Source: Marsupella aquatica (taxonomy: Eukaryota; Plantae; Marchantiophyta). Taken from it: DNA of 64,000 bases. The position numbers and the translations under genes were made by a program. This document shows, piece after piece, positions 12,401-24,776 of the stretch (its first letter is position 1; each line of letters opens with the position of its first letter). Below the pieces are notes generated by a model, which saw only the letters and a program-made list of their open reading frames with translations, made no database searches and was not told the DNA's origin. The stretch spans positions 10,235,660 through 10,299,659 of the forward strand of contig OZ316893.1 of NCBI GenBank assembly GCA_973895155.1, in the 5' to 3' direction.

Positions 12401-15400
12401 GCATCTGTTATTTTGGACAGATGGTGGTGACAACTCACAATACATCACTCCCGGCTACTGAACGATATGCAAACGGTGCAAACTCTCGCCTATGTGGACC
12501 CACTCATACTTCTTAGGAACCTTGCCAGCGTAAATTGCCATTTTCAGTTACTGTTGCTGAGATGGTTGTGTATGAAATTCACATGTGATTGCTTTCTTGT
12601 CAAGATTTTTAGAAAGAGAGTCATGGGTTGGTAAGTCACAGGATTTGTGTTTGAACAGGCAAGGTTCAAGTAAGTCTTGTATGGAATGCCAGGGATGAGA
12701 ATGCCGCAGGCGCAAAGTTTCTCCAACCGCTTGCAAAGGTATCCTCGTCACATTCTGGTTGTTCTGCCATATTCGTGTCCAATTAAACCCAGAAACTAGT
12801 TTTTATGTCTCGTGGTTATCGTCTTTCTTGTTGAAACGATAGACAAGATCGTAAGGATTACTTGTCAGCTCTTGAATATTCCTCGAAATCACCTTTGGAT
12901 AGCAATCTTTGACTGCAGCCGATAGCATGATTGTGAAAGCTCTATGTTTTTGTAACATGGCAAGTGAACGGTTGTGCAGTTTTTGTGGCGGAAGGGAAGA
13001 CTTACCTGTCCAGAGCCATTTCTACATTCTATCTGGGTGAACTTTCAGACATCTCGCACAAATGTAAATATCTTTGGTCTTTTCTCTTATAATTTTATGC
13101 AATTTTTTAAGGGTGATGGTATGATCTATCCGTATTTCTTTCCAGAGCTTTCAAACCTAATGATGGGAAACCGTGCCCATCGGATTCTGAACTAGAACAG
13201 TTGCTGTCCAGGTTAGGCAATTGGCAATTGACATGATTTGGTGGACCAACATTTCCTCAGAACTTGCACAGTTTGCTCTGTGAGTGATAAGAAGTTTCTT
13301 CCAATCTCAGTGTTCATGCTGCTGGGTGTCCGCAGATAATTTTTGGAGGGAAATGGAGGCACTTGCTGGGAGAACAAGAAATGTGGGAGCGTATCGCTGG
13401 TGCAGACATCTGCTTCACTCCTGCCAGCTTTGGACAAGCGAATCTCCAGGTATGTCAACCGCATATATCACTAGCCGACCCTGGTAAATAATTGTACCAT
13501 CGATATGTAGGAGGAGCTGATTATGCATTCTCCGTCACGTTAGAATAATAAAGAATATCTAGAAGTATCTTCAGGATAGGATAGGGTATCTTGATGCCTT
13601 GATAGGGGACCAATTCATAGAGGTTTTGCATTTTCTGGCATAATGCTCCTGGTTGAGAAAATAATTATTTCCTCGAAAGTCGGTACGCCAATGTATGTGA
13701 GCCCTATCGCTTCTGGGAATTGCTATTTTTGTGATACCTAGCATTGAGTAGACGAACAATTTCGGTAGACCAAACAACCTTATGGAGTTGATCTTTTGCA
13801 GGCATTTGAGGCTCTTTTAAGAAAGGTGCAGACGTATGTGAAGCGAGGGAGCGCTGTTGTGGAACTTTATGCTGGTGTTGGCGTCATGGGTATCAGCCTT
13901 GCAGCCACACGGGCATGCAGGTACTCGGCTCCTTGTCTTATTTTAGAAACAACTTGTTATCATCGTCCAACAGTTTAGTGGTACAATACTGTAAAAATGC
14001 ACATCTGACAAGGGAGAAATTTAGGACGAGGTTTTACTTTGATGAAATGCATTCCATCGATCTCGCGCTTTGCATATCCAGTTCCTTCCTAGACCCTGTG
14101 GCCCTCAGAATGCTCATCTATGCAGAGTAAACACTAGACGCATTGAACGCCTTGCTTGGATCCTCATTGCGTGTGATCCCATCGTTAAATTGAATCACTG
14201 TACCTTTGTCCAAATCAAGCCTGCACTTCTTTGTAGTAGCCTAAGCCTGATATTGGCAGCTGGTCACGTTGAAGCTAGAAGCCATTTGTGTTTGTAGTGA
14301 ATAACAAATGTGTATTTCTCAGATCGGTGAAATGTATCGAGGTAAACAAGGAATCCAAAACGTCATTTGAGCTATCCCTTTCCCGAGTACCTGATTCAGT
14401 GAAGTCCAAGATCAGCTGGCACTGTGCCGATGCTTCCATGGTGAGCATTGACAGAATTGGCAACAAGCCTATATTGCTGCATGCTTGAGTTGTTGATACT
14501 GAGATCTAGATTAGAAAACGCATGGAGTCTAGTGCTACTACCTTAGGGCTATAGAAATTTTCCAGAACTTTCGTCTCGATTCTTGTCAGTCCATCTCGTG
14601 ATGGGTTAGTTTTTCTACATCGCGCTTGTGATATCATCCTCCAAGGACAGCACAAATGCGCAGAGAGCTGTTGTCTGTTGTTGTTAACTTTGTGGGTACA
14701 GAATCATCTCGCTTGTACACCTACCTAGGTCGTTGAGTCATTGAAATGAATGAAGTCATCATTGACCGCGTTATTCACTTTGAAAGGAGTAAGTTTGACT
14801 GAGATATTCCATTCCTCCAGAATCCAATATATTGGCTGAAAGGCTCAGATACTGTTGTCGTTGATCCGCCTCGGAAAGGCCTGGATGCTTCAGTTGTAGA
14901 GGCATTGCGAACAGCTTCATTGAGGGATCAAGGAAAGTTGAAGTCCCCATCTCCGACTGCAACTGCCAAGTAAGACTCTTCCTTCCTCAGAATGGGGCTC
15001 TCTGCACTTTGAAATCAATTCATGCATACTCTCAATCAAGGATGCTCTATGGTTGATATTGATGGTCACTTGGCTGCTCTCGCCACTGCGTAATTTGTAT
15101 ATAACTTTTGTCTTAATGGATGTACTATGTCTATATGTCGTCCTAATGATCAGATGTGCTGAGGAACTTCTGAAGGATCCTCTATGGTTGATATTGATGG
15201 TCACTTGGCTGCTCTCGCCACTGCGTAATTTGTATATAACTTTTGTCTTAATGGATGTACTATGTCTATATGTCGTCCTAATGATCAGATGTGCTGAGGA
15301 ACTTCTTAATGTTAATTCTGCACAGGGTTGAGAAACGGCCGTGGGTAGTTCGTGCAAATCAGGGAGTAACAAGGGAGAGCTCTGGAAACTGGGATGATGG

Positions 15401-16448
15401 AATGGATGATTCATGGCCCAGCACGTTGATTTATGTGAGTTGTGGTTGGCAATCGTTCAAGAAGGTGCGCTTTCTAGAACCATGCGGTTATCCCAAGTTA
15501 CTTCGTGGTCTGCATCTGGATCTGACTTTCTTGGAGTCCAACCCTTATATTTTATACTAGCTTCCAAGCCATGAACTGAAAAATAAATCGTCTCTTCGTT
15601 TGAAACTCAAGAAAATGCAGATTATTTGAATGTCTTTAACATCATGAGCTTTTACATAGCTTCTTTTCGGTTATGAAAACGAGGCATATAAACTATATTC
15701 AGAACACTGGGTATGGTTCTCGAGGATAATTTCAAGCCGCAAATTGTTTGTACGGCCTCCCAGCACCCTAACCTCCAGTGCAGAAGGAGGGGCTTGTCTT
15801 CTTGGTTCTTTAGTTGTTACTGCCTGTGTTATGATATGTAACAGGTCCATTTCGTCTGCACGAGTTATTTGGTCAGCATTTACGCGGTGCTATGCTGTCG
15901 CTCCATAGTCACGACACTGGTTTTATTTGTGCAGGACTGTGCAGCTCTCTTAGAAAACGATGCATGGCATCTGAAAGAAGCCGGTGCTTTCAATTTCTTC
16001 CCTGGCACGGACAGGTATGGCTCCTCTCCACGAGCACTAATCCTGAACCTAGATGTACTGCTTTGGATTTGGAACAAAAATTGGATACTTGAGAAAACTC
16101 CGTGCTGGATATATGTCAAATATGCTAGATCTGGACCTTTTACTTGTAAACTTAAGTTCTTTCATGTCAATTTAAGTTCTCTGAGTGGTGATTCTAGGCG
16201 CATAATGGAGTTTCTGGTGCTGTAATACTTCAAGGCCAGTGATTGGGTAAAGAAAGATCGAATAGAAGGTTAGAACAGTCGGAACTCGAGAGAGAATCAG
16301 CATATTGTGTAGCCTCACTTTTGTTCTAATATTCGAGCAATTTTGCAGCATTGAAGTATTAGCGGTATTGAAAAGCGGTAAGACGAGCAAAACAGCAAAG
16401 GGTGGCAAGAAGAAAGTGATTGGGAAGAAAACTCGGGTAGAAAGTTAG
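9404..16448 (+). CDS. TrmA/RlmD(RumA)-family RNA (uracil-5)-methyltransferase, about 15 exons, probable organellar transit peptide
   Basis: Exons approx. 9404-10017, 10766-10880, 11044-11155, 11339-11383, 11991-12058, 12421-12475, 12659-12738, 12980-13063, 13336-13449, 13802-13920, 14323-14440, 14821-14969, 15326-15464, 15935-16014, 16349-16448, all with GT-AG introns. Motifs CEHFSRCSGC, WRCRAKLAVRG, GHLRYVQ, SFGQAN, ELYAGVG (SAM binding), VVDPPRKGL, IYVSCG (catalytic Cys), FNFFPGTDSIE. Start codon uncertain. Confidence 0.9.
15040..15306 (+). repeat. Near-perfect 135-bp tandem duplication inside an intron of the methyltransferase
   Basis: TCTATGGTTGATATTGATGG...GCTGAGGAACTTCT starts at 15046 and again at 15181. 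Confidence 0.95.
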
Positions 16449-17719
16449 CGCCGACAAATTCAGGGGTGAGGTGATGGCAATGTTCCAGCTCTCAGCAGAT
16501 TCTCAAGCCAGGTTGTAAGAGAAGCTGTCATGTGACGACAGTCGCCATCACAGTTTTGACAGAATGGATGAGTTTAATCATGGTACAGAAGTAGTAGAAG
16601 CGACCATGCGATCACGTTTATGTCTTATCTTGTGAGAAAGTTGTGACCAATAAATGAATGAAGTGATGTAGACCCAAAGGGTCCTTGGGATCAAGAAGCA
16701 ACTTTTAAAGTGGTTGTCTATGAGCCTTTGTAAAGTTTTTGCACGCCCTTTACGGTGGGCAGTCATTTGGATGTATCAAATTGGAAGAGATTCCAAGATC
16801 ACAGCATAGGCATTGAGTGAACTGATAGTGAGCGAGTGTTGAGTAAATACGAAAGCTGAGTAGGTAGGGTATTTGCACTTGGCATATTTAGACCTTTCAT
16901 CTTGAAAACCTCTGCCCGTCAACTGTACATGCTATCTACCGATCTTAACAACGGCACATGCAATAGTAGGAAGGCTAGACAATGCGGAGACGATCTAATC
17001 GGACCTAAAACAAGGTTTGAACACTGAAATTTAGCATGATGGATTAAAATGCATTTTCCTCCAACGCAAGTGGGCATATTACTTCAAGCACTACTTAAAA
17101 GATCATGCACTACAGTGAAAAGTGAAACTTTGAGTCAAACCAAAACCACCAAACTCTCCTGAGTGCAATCAACTCACCCAAACTCAAGTTGGATTTACCA
17201 AGGGCATCAAACATCCTCTCTTGCTTTCTCACTTGGAGCAAAGTCTCCATCTTAGTGCACAAAGCCTCCCGTGCTAAAAGTCTGTGTGGCTTAGGGTAAA
17301 GCCACTGAGTATGGGAGAGGTTCAACCCCCTGTTTGACACAAGAAAGTTGCTCTTGAGTTTGAGTTAAAATTAACTCAACGAGAACCCAAGTAAAATCCA
17401 CCAAGTCTTTACTCTGATTTGTGATTCTGACCCAAACCATGGGTGATTTTGATTTGACACGGGTCACAACACTCACCCACGGGTCAAATCAACATCATTG
17501 GTTTTAGAATGCGCGCCAACAAGTCTTGAAGGGCACAGATGCATTTTCCTAGGGTGATTTTGGGTAAAGGCCCCGTCACACTGACTGCTCGAGTTGCTGA
17601 TGGTCATGAACCTGCTGGAACCACAGATTTGGCCCCCGCAACCTAGCTGGCAACAAGTTCCAGTCACAGGAACTGGTTGCAAAAGTAGTTGTTTGAGGTG
17701 CCCTATTAGCTCTCATAGA

Positions 17720-18158
17720 TAGTTTTTCTAATTTGGCTGGCACTGTGATACATAATAGCTCTCATAGCTTAGACAAGATATAAAATTTTACTATAAAAAC
17801 ACCAAGTGAAGTCTACTTTTAAGAGCCTAGGTCTAGACTGAAGCCTCTAGACATTAACTCATGGCCATCACGTGCATGTAAAAACTCATGTGCATGGGAA
17901 AAAGTCATGACTATCATATATGTAAAGTGATACATGCAAGTTTTTTGTGATAATTGGCCCCACCACAAACATATGTGCATAGAAAGAAGGATGTGTATAC
18001 AACTTAGGAGAATGGTATATTATATATGACTATTAAAATGATGGGATTTTTTTATCATTTCATTAACCTTCAAAGAATATGAATAGAGAATATATTTTGG
18101 TAACACTTTTATTGTACTCTCCCCTATTCACGTTGAAAGAACGGGTAATCGGGGCTAG
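17720..18158 (+). mobile_element. Probable non-autonomous Helitron fragment (3' end); related inverted copies at about 31950-32190 and 36063-36350
   Basis: Ends with imperfect hairpin CACGTT-GAAAG-AACGGG then TAATCGGGG-CTAG|T. The AT-rich body aligns in reverse to 36063-36350 and partly to 31950-32190. 5' end not resolved. Confidence 0.5.
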
Positions 18159-18196
18159 TTACTCAGAAAGAAGGAAAACACACCTTTACAGGAAAC

Positions 18197-18540
18197 TGTT
18201 AAGCATACACGACATTCGTAACGGTAAGCCCATGAACCATCCAACGCACAATAGTCAACACAGAGAGATACGTGGTTCACCTCCACATGAGGCTACGTCC
18301 ACGGGAACACACAAGAGCTTTACTGCACTCTAGGCCAACCGGCCATACCAAGCATCCACAGCACAAGCTCTCCCTATCTCTCAACTAGCTCCGTAACAAT
18401 GAGCCTAGGTTCCACCAGGGTCTGGCATCAGCCCTGGCTATATGCACAATATCACTACCGCTAACATTAGCTAAGTCCTAACCCGAGTTAGACTAACTGT
18501 AGTTAGCTCATGAGTCACAAGACTAGAGCAATATCTAACA
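18197..18540 (-). repeat. 3' LTR of copia copy 2
   Basis: TGTTAAGC...TCTAACA; about 9 substitutions versus the 5' LTR (counted by eye). Confidence 0.96.
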
Positions 18541-18753
18541 AACTCCCCCTTGACTCTTGTCTTGGGGACTAGACTAAATGCTACCATATGGAATCCTGAG
18601 CGGGAAGTTCTAGACAATCACCAAACCAGGTCTCCCCCTAAAAACCACAAGGGTTAACTAAGGGTTAACTAGAACTAAGCCGTAGCCAAACAGGAATGAG
18701 TAATCCATATACAAATAGTCACACATTGTTAAATAACTCTACTTGCACTACAA

Positions 18754-21700
18754 CTACAAAACCTGCAAAGTAGCACGGTGTCTTGAGAAACTCTCCAAAG
18801 GAATCACTTTGGTAAAGGCATCAGCGGGATTGAACTTTCCATCAATCTTGACTAGCTCAAAAGTTTTATCAGACACTGCTTGCCTGATAAAATGGTACCT
18901 GATATCAATGTGCTTCACCCTGCTATCCATCACCTGGTTAGCAGCCAAGTGAAGAGCACTTTGACTATCATAGTTTAGAGTCATTTTGCCATGCTCTAAA
19001 CCCATCTCCGCGATCAACTTATCCAGCCAAATTGCTTCCTTTGCAGCTTCTGCTGCTGCAACATACTCTGCTTCTGTAGTAGACTGAGATATGCACTTCT
19101 GCAAGGTAGATTTCCAACTGATACATCCTCCTCCAAGAGTGTATACAAACCCAGTTGTAGACCTCCTTGTATCCAGACAGCCTCCATAGTCAGAATCTAC
19201 ATAGCCAACTAACGTTTTATCTGATCTGTTATCAAATAGTAATCCATAGTCCTGTGTACCCTTCAGATACCTCAGAATCCATTTCACAGCTTCCCAATGT
19301 ACCTTCCCTGGATTTGACATGAATCTGCTAACCTTGCCCATCGCTAGGGCCAAGTCAGGCCTAGTACAAGTCATCAAATACATCAGACTGCCTACTGCCT
19401 TCTCATAAGGAATCTTAGCCATCAGACCTTTCTCCACAGCATCTGTAGGAGAGAAAGCTGATGATGACTTGAAATGTGAAGCTAAAGGAATACTCACTGG
19501 CTTACAGTTTTCCATGTTGAATCGTGCAAGTACTTTCCTCACATACTGGCCTTGACTCAAGCACAACTGTCCAGTATCAGAGTTCCTAAAAATCTCCATC
19601 CCTAAGATTCTCTTGGCCTTACCAAGATCCTTCATCCTGAATTCAACACTCAATTTTGCCTTGAGACTGTCAACCTCAGATTGATCTTTAGCCATAATCA
19701 GCATGTCATCAACATAGATCACTAGAATGATGAAACCAAATACATCATACTTGACTGATTTCGTATACACACAAGGATCATACACCATCCTTGTAAAACC
19801 TTGAGCAAGCATGAAATCATCAAACCGCTTGTTCCACTGTCTGGGAGACTACTTCAATCCATACAAGGACTTGAGCAATCTGCAAACTAAGTTCTCTTGG
19901 CCCTTCTTCATAAAGCCTAATGGCTGTCTCATGAAGATCAACTCTTCCAAGTTGCCATAGAGAAAAGCAGTAACAACATCCATTTAATCCATCACCAGAC
20001 CAAAAAATACAACAAGCTGACACAAGATCCGAATTGTGGAATACTTAGCCACCGATGAAAAGACCTCATTGTAGTCCACTCCTTTCTCCTGAGTGAACCC
20101 CTTGGCAACAAGCCTTGCCTTGTAGATCTTATCTCCACCCTCTAAAGGACTGTCCTTCAACTTGTAAATCCACTTGTTGTCAACCACTTGCTGACCTCTT
20201 GGAAGCTCCACCAGCTCCCATGTCTTGTTGTCACTCAAAGATTGCAACTCCCTCTGCATTGCTGCATTCCACTCATGCTTCTGCTCTGAAGCACAAGCCT
20301 CACTGTACGAAGAAGGCTCTCCTTCTTCCAAGATCAAAGCCATGTCATCATCATCAGGTGCAATGTCAATATCATCTAGCTTAGATGAGTCTGCCCATTG
20401 ACCATACCTGGTAGGAGCTCTAGTAGAACGACTAGAAGTTCTTCTAGTAGATGACTCAGGCTGATCTACTGCTGCTGTTGGTTGAATTTGAGGTACCCTA
20501 GCAACAATTTGCTCTTCTTGTTCCATCATAGGAACCAGCTCCAAGCCCGGAGCTTCTCCATCTCTCCTGTCATGAATAGCATCATGACTAATCTCCCCCT
20601 CAACCGGGTCCGGGATGGGAGATTTCCCCTTGTCAGTATGGGAGTCCTGTGAACTCTCCCCCTCCTTTGATGATCTGGACTCATTAAAGGACACATCTCT
20701 ACTGACAATTAGTTTACAGGTTACTGGATCCCATAACCTATAATCTTTCACACCTTTCTGATAGCCAAGGAAAATGCACTTCTTCGACTTGGACTCCAGC
20801 TTGGATCAAAGCTGGGAAGGTGTAAGCACATAAGCATCACATCCAAAAATCCTCAGATGTGAGTAATCTGCTGGACGCCCGTACCTCATTTCAAATGGTG
20901 TGTTGAATCCAATAGAACTGGATGGAGAAAATTTTACCAAATAAGCTGCAGTGTTGACAGTTTCAGCCCAAAACTCATGTGGTAAGCATGATTGACTCAA
21001 CATACTCCTCGAGCGGTCACATAGTGTTCGGTTGAGTCTCTCAAAAACACCATTCTGCTGAGGAGTATAACTTGTTGTGAGATGGCGGGTAATCCCCTGC
21101 TCCTTACAATACGTTCCAAATTCACCGGAACTGTATTCACCGCCGTTATCCGATTGAAGATATCTCACCTTATTACCAGTCTGATTTTCAACTTGGGCTT
21201 TCCACTCCTTAAAAGTGGCAAAAACATCAGACTTATTATGTAGAAAGTATATCCACACATACCTTGAGTAATCGTCAATGAACGTGACATAGTATAATCG
21301 TCCAGAATGTGAGGGAGTAGGGGCGAGACCCCACACATCACTATGTACATACTCAAGTACCTCCTTGCTGGTGTGAGTTCCAACTCCGAAGGGTTTCCTG
21401 TGCTGCTTCCCTAGCACACATTGCTCACAAAATTCCAACTTACAAGATTGCAAATTAGAAAGTAATCATTTCTTCTGAAGAATAACCAAACCTTTTTCAC
21501 TCATGTGACCCAAACGGAAGTGCCACAGCCGGGCCATCTCCTCATGAGATAAGGTTACATTGGCTTCATCATAGACTACACTGCCCTCCATAACGTATAG
21601 ATTGCAATGTCTCTTTCCCTTCAATACAACTTTAGTACCAGTTGAAACCTGAAGGACACCATTAGCTGAACTCCACTGATGGCCATTTGCCTCTAAAACT

Positions 21701-23024
21701 CCAAGTGAAATGAGATTTTTCATCATGCTGGGAATATGTCTCACATTCCTCAATGTTCTCACAACACCATCAAACATCTGAAATTTTACAGATCCAAGTC
21801 CAACAACTTGACATGGGATTCCATTTCCCATCAACACTGACCCGTTGGAAACTGTGTAAGAACTGAAACAATCTCTTCTAGAGCAAATGTGAAAAGTACA
21901 TGCACTATCTAGAATCCAGTCATCACTACCTGGATTTGACACTACGTTGAGAGCATAACCTTGACATCACAATATGTCATCATCATCATCGAGTAAATCT
22001 ACCTCTTGCGAGCTTGATGCTGCGTTAGCAGAGGCAGTAGGGACCTTTACTCGACAATCCCTTTTCATGTGGCCTGGCTTGCCACAATTCCAACATGCAA
22101 GAGGCTTCCTCTCTTGCGATTTTCCTCTGGATTTAGATCTCCCCCGTGATGTAGATCTAAACCTGTTCTGCCCATTCGTGCGCTGCGTTGCTCTTCCACG
22201 GTTCAAATTCAACGCAGTGCCAGAAGAAGATGTTGTCTGTGATTTACCCAGCTTCTTCTGAGCATCATCAGACAACAAAGAGCTTACCACCTCATTATAC
22301 GAAATGGACTTCAGATCTCTGTACAAGAGCACCTGTTTCAAGCCCTGATATGACGGCGGTAAGGAGCTTAGCAGAAGTAAGGCCTTATCCTCATCTTCAA
22401 CTTCTTTTCCCAGGTTTGACAGATCCACCGCTAGACTGTCCAACTCATCCAAGTGATCCTGCATCTTGCTCCCTTCCTTGAGCCTGAGGCTCATCAAGAG
22501 AGACTTCTTGTACAGCCGGTCTGACGCATCTTCCCGGTAGTACTTCTCTCTTAGAGCCTTGAACAGTGATGCGCAATCCGCATAATCATCCAGCTGCTTG
22601 ATGATGTGTGGCTTGAGATAAAGCATCGCTGCATTAACAGCAATCACCTGCTCCTGTCTCCACTGCTTCTCTGAGATCTCCTCCTCTCCATCATACTGCT
22701 CTCGGAAGAGAGCAGATGAGCTAAGCCCATGGCCCGTAGAACATCCTTCACTTGCTTCTCCCACAGCAAGTAATAAGTACGACCATCGTACTTCTCCACC
22801 TCAAACTTCACTCCTCCAAATCTAGCCATCTGTCTCTTCTTCCCAACTACCGACAACTCTGGTAGTAAGACAGCTTCCTCCACTGCACGTCGCACCGGTG
22901 ATCGTACTGGTGTCACTAGTTCTTCCTCAAACGGTAGCAGCTCCTCCTCAGACTCTCCGTCTGACCGTCGCGATCCTGAAGCTCCACCGATGCCAATTCT
23001 TCCAGTATCCTCCGAGTCACTCAT
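18754..23024 (-). pseudogene. Disrupted gag-pol of copia copy 2
   Basis: Same domains as copy 1. Frameshift near 22704, stops at 21967 (gag end), 21466, 20806 and 19984. RT/RNase H ORF 18754-19812 with YVDDML, TRPDL, GYVDSDYGG, SQSTTEAEY. Confidence 0.95.
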
Positions 23025-24418
23025 ATGAAACAATCACGAAAAAACGTCTTTTTTTGAAATTTCTCATAAAACTCAAAACTCAACACCGCCGCGTAGCCCA
23101 CGAAGCTAGGAGTCCAATACTGAAAGTCGAAATCAAAATCGAAATTCGACGGAAAAGTTATTCAAATTTCGGTCGGGGTGGGTAAAACCTTGGGAAACTC
23201 CCCCGTTTTGACCACCTCAGAGAATAACCAAAATACCCAGTATAACCCGTCGTCGGAATCGCGATGTGATCGGTGTGCCGCGGTGCTAACTCCAGTGGCA
23301 ACGTCCTCATCGAAAAAAAACCAAAAAAGTTAACGTTCGGCGGACGGAATCTATGTCGAACGGCCGAAAAACAGCTCTCTGTTTTTTGGGAATATTCCCG
23401 CACAGTACAGCAGGTCTCACAGGGGGCCGTTCCCCCTGTTGGAGCGGTTAAAATGGAGGGTGACCGGTCCCGGGACAAGAGGAAAAACAAGGGGAAAGAA
23501 AAAGGCTTAAAATAGGGCCCTAAAGGGGGTGCAAAGCCCCTTTAAACAAGAATACATGTAAAAGGGCCATCGTACGCACATGGGGTATACCCGGGCGGCT
23601 GCATACGCAGCCGCGTATGCCGTATGCTGGGCCGGGGAACAAAAAAAAAACTTTTGCGAGGAGGAGTGAGGGGCGACCGGCGGCCGGCAGGTCGCGCGTA
23701 GAAGGAGGCAGGGCTCGAAGGGCGTCGGGGCCGGCCGAAGGGAGGAAAGCACGAAAAAATTCCCCCCTAATGTAAACACAAAAATTTTCCCGGCTGCTTC
23801 GCAGCCGTGTTCGTTCAAACCGGGCCAGGGGTCGGGGCAGCTACCATTGCGCCGGCCGGCGCTCCAAAGTCAAGTGCCAATCCCGGGCTCAAAACGACCG
23901 CCTTGCCGCGATCAAACCGTTGAGCCGTAGCACTTCGCGTTTCTTTCACCGGGTCGGACGTCACGAAGATAAACCCGGTTCAGTTGTGAACAAGCTCCAT
24001 AGCTTGTGAAAAAAAAAAAAAAAAACCTGAACGTCTCCGTCACTCGTCACGTCGCACTTGGTAACAACTCGGCAGCAATCCAGCAACCGAAATGACCAGC
24101 TCGCTTCAACCTTCAACTTGAGCTATAATGTGCGATCCCTCCCGTACCGCACAACTCACTCCGTTGAAAAACGCAAACTCTGGTCTCTCCCCCAAAAATA
24201 CCGTCGAACACGAATAAAACCCTGAACGATGCAAACTTTGATTCCTCCGCCCCACGGATACTGATCAGCGAGTTCTAACCACCGTCAGAAAGCCCTCTCA
24301 CTAACCTATCCGCACAACCACACACATTCGAGTTTCATGCGACGAAACTCCAAATGTGCCATCAACAATGAACGCTGGAAAAACCTGTCACGAAAAAACC
24401 TCGTCACCTCCCAGGCAT

Positions 24419-24430
24419 GCTCTGATACCA
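24419..24430 (-). promoter_or_regulatory. Primer-binding site (tRNA-iMet) of copia copy 2
   Basis: TGGTATCAGAGC on the minus strand. Confidence 0.95.
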
Positions 24431-24432
24431 CT

Positions 24433-24776
24433 TGTTGAGCATAGACGACATTCGTAATGGTAAGCCCATGAACCATCCAACGCACAATAGTTGACACAGA
24501 GAGATACGTGGTTCACCTCCACATGAGGCTACATCCACGGGAACACACAAGAGCTTTACTGCACTCTAGGGCGACCGGCCATACCAAGCATCCACAACAC
24601 AAGCTCTCCCTATCTCTCAACTAGCTCCGTAACAATGAGCCTAGGTTCCACCAGGGTCTGGCATCAGCCCTGGCTATATGCACAATATCACTACCGCTAA
24701 CATTAGCTAAGTCCTAACCCGAGTTAGACTAACTGTAGTTAGCTCATGAGTCACAAGACTAGAGCAATATCTAACA
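24433..24776 (-). repeat. 5' LTR of copia copy 2
   Basis: Direct repeat of 18197-18540. Confidence 0.96.

Larger units (their letters stand above)
18197..24776 (-). mobile_element. Ty1/copia LTR retrotransposon copy 2 (same family as copy 1), full length, decayed
   Basis: LTRs 18197-18540 and 24433-24776 (344 bp each), perfect target-site duplication GAAAC (18192-18196 and 24777-24781), primer-binding site 24419-24430, polypurine tract 18541-18551. Confidence 0.98.

Noticed and set aside
1565-24776. The two copia copies as a segmental duplication
   Set aside because: Different target-site duplications and flanks, element-specific LTR variants and different leaders indicate independent insertions.
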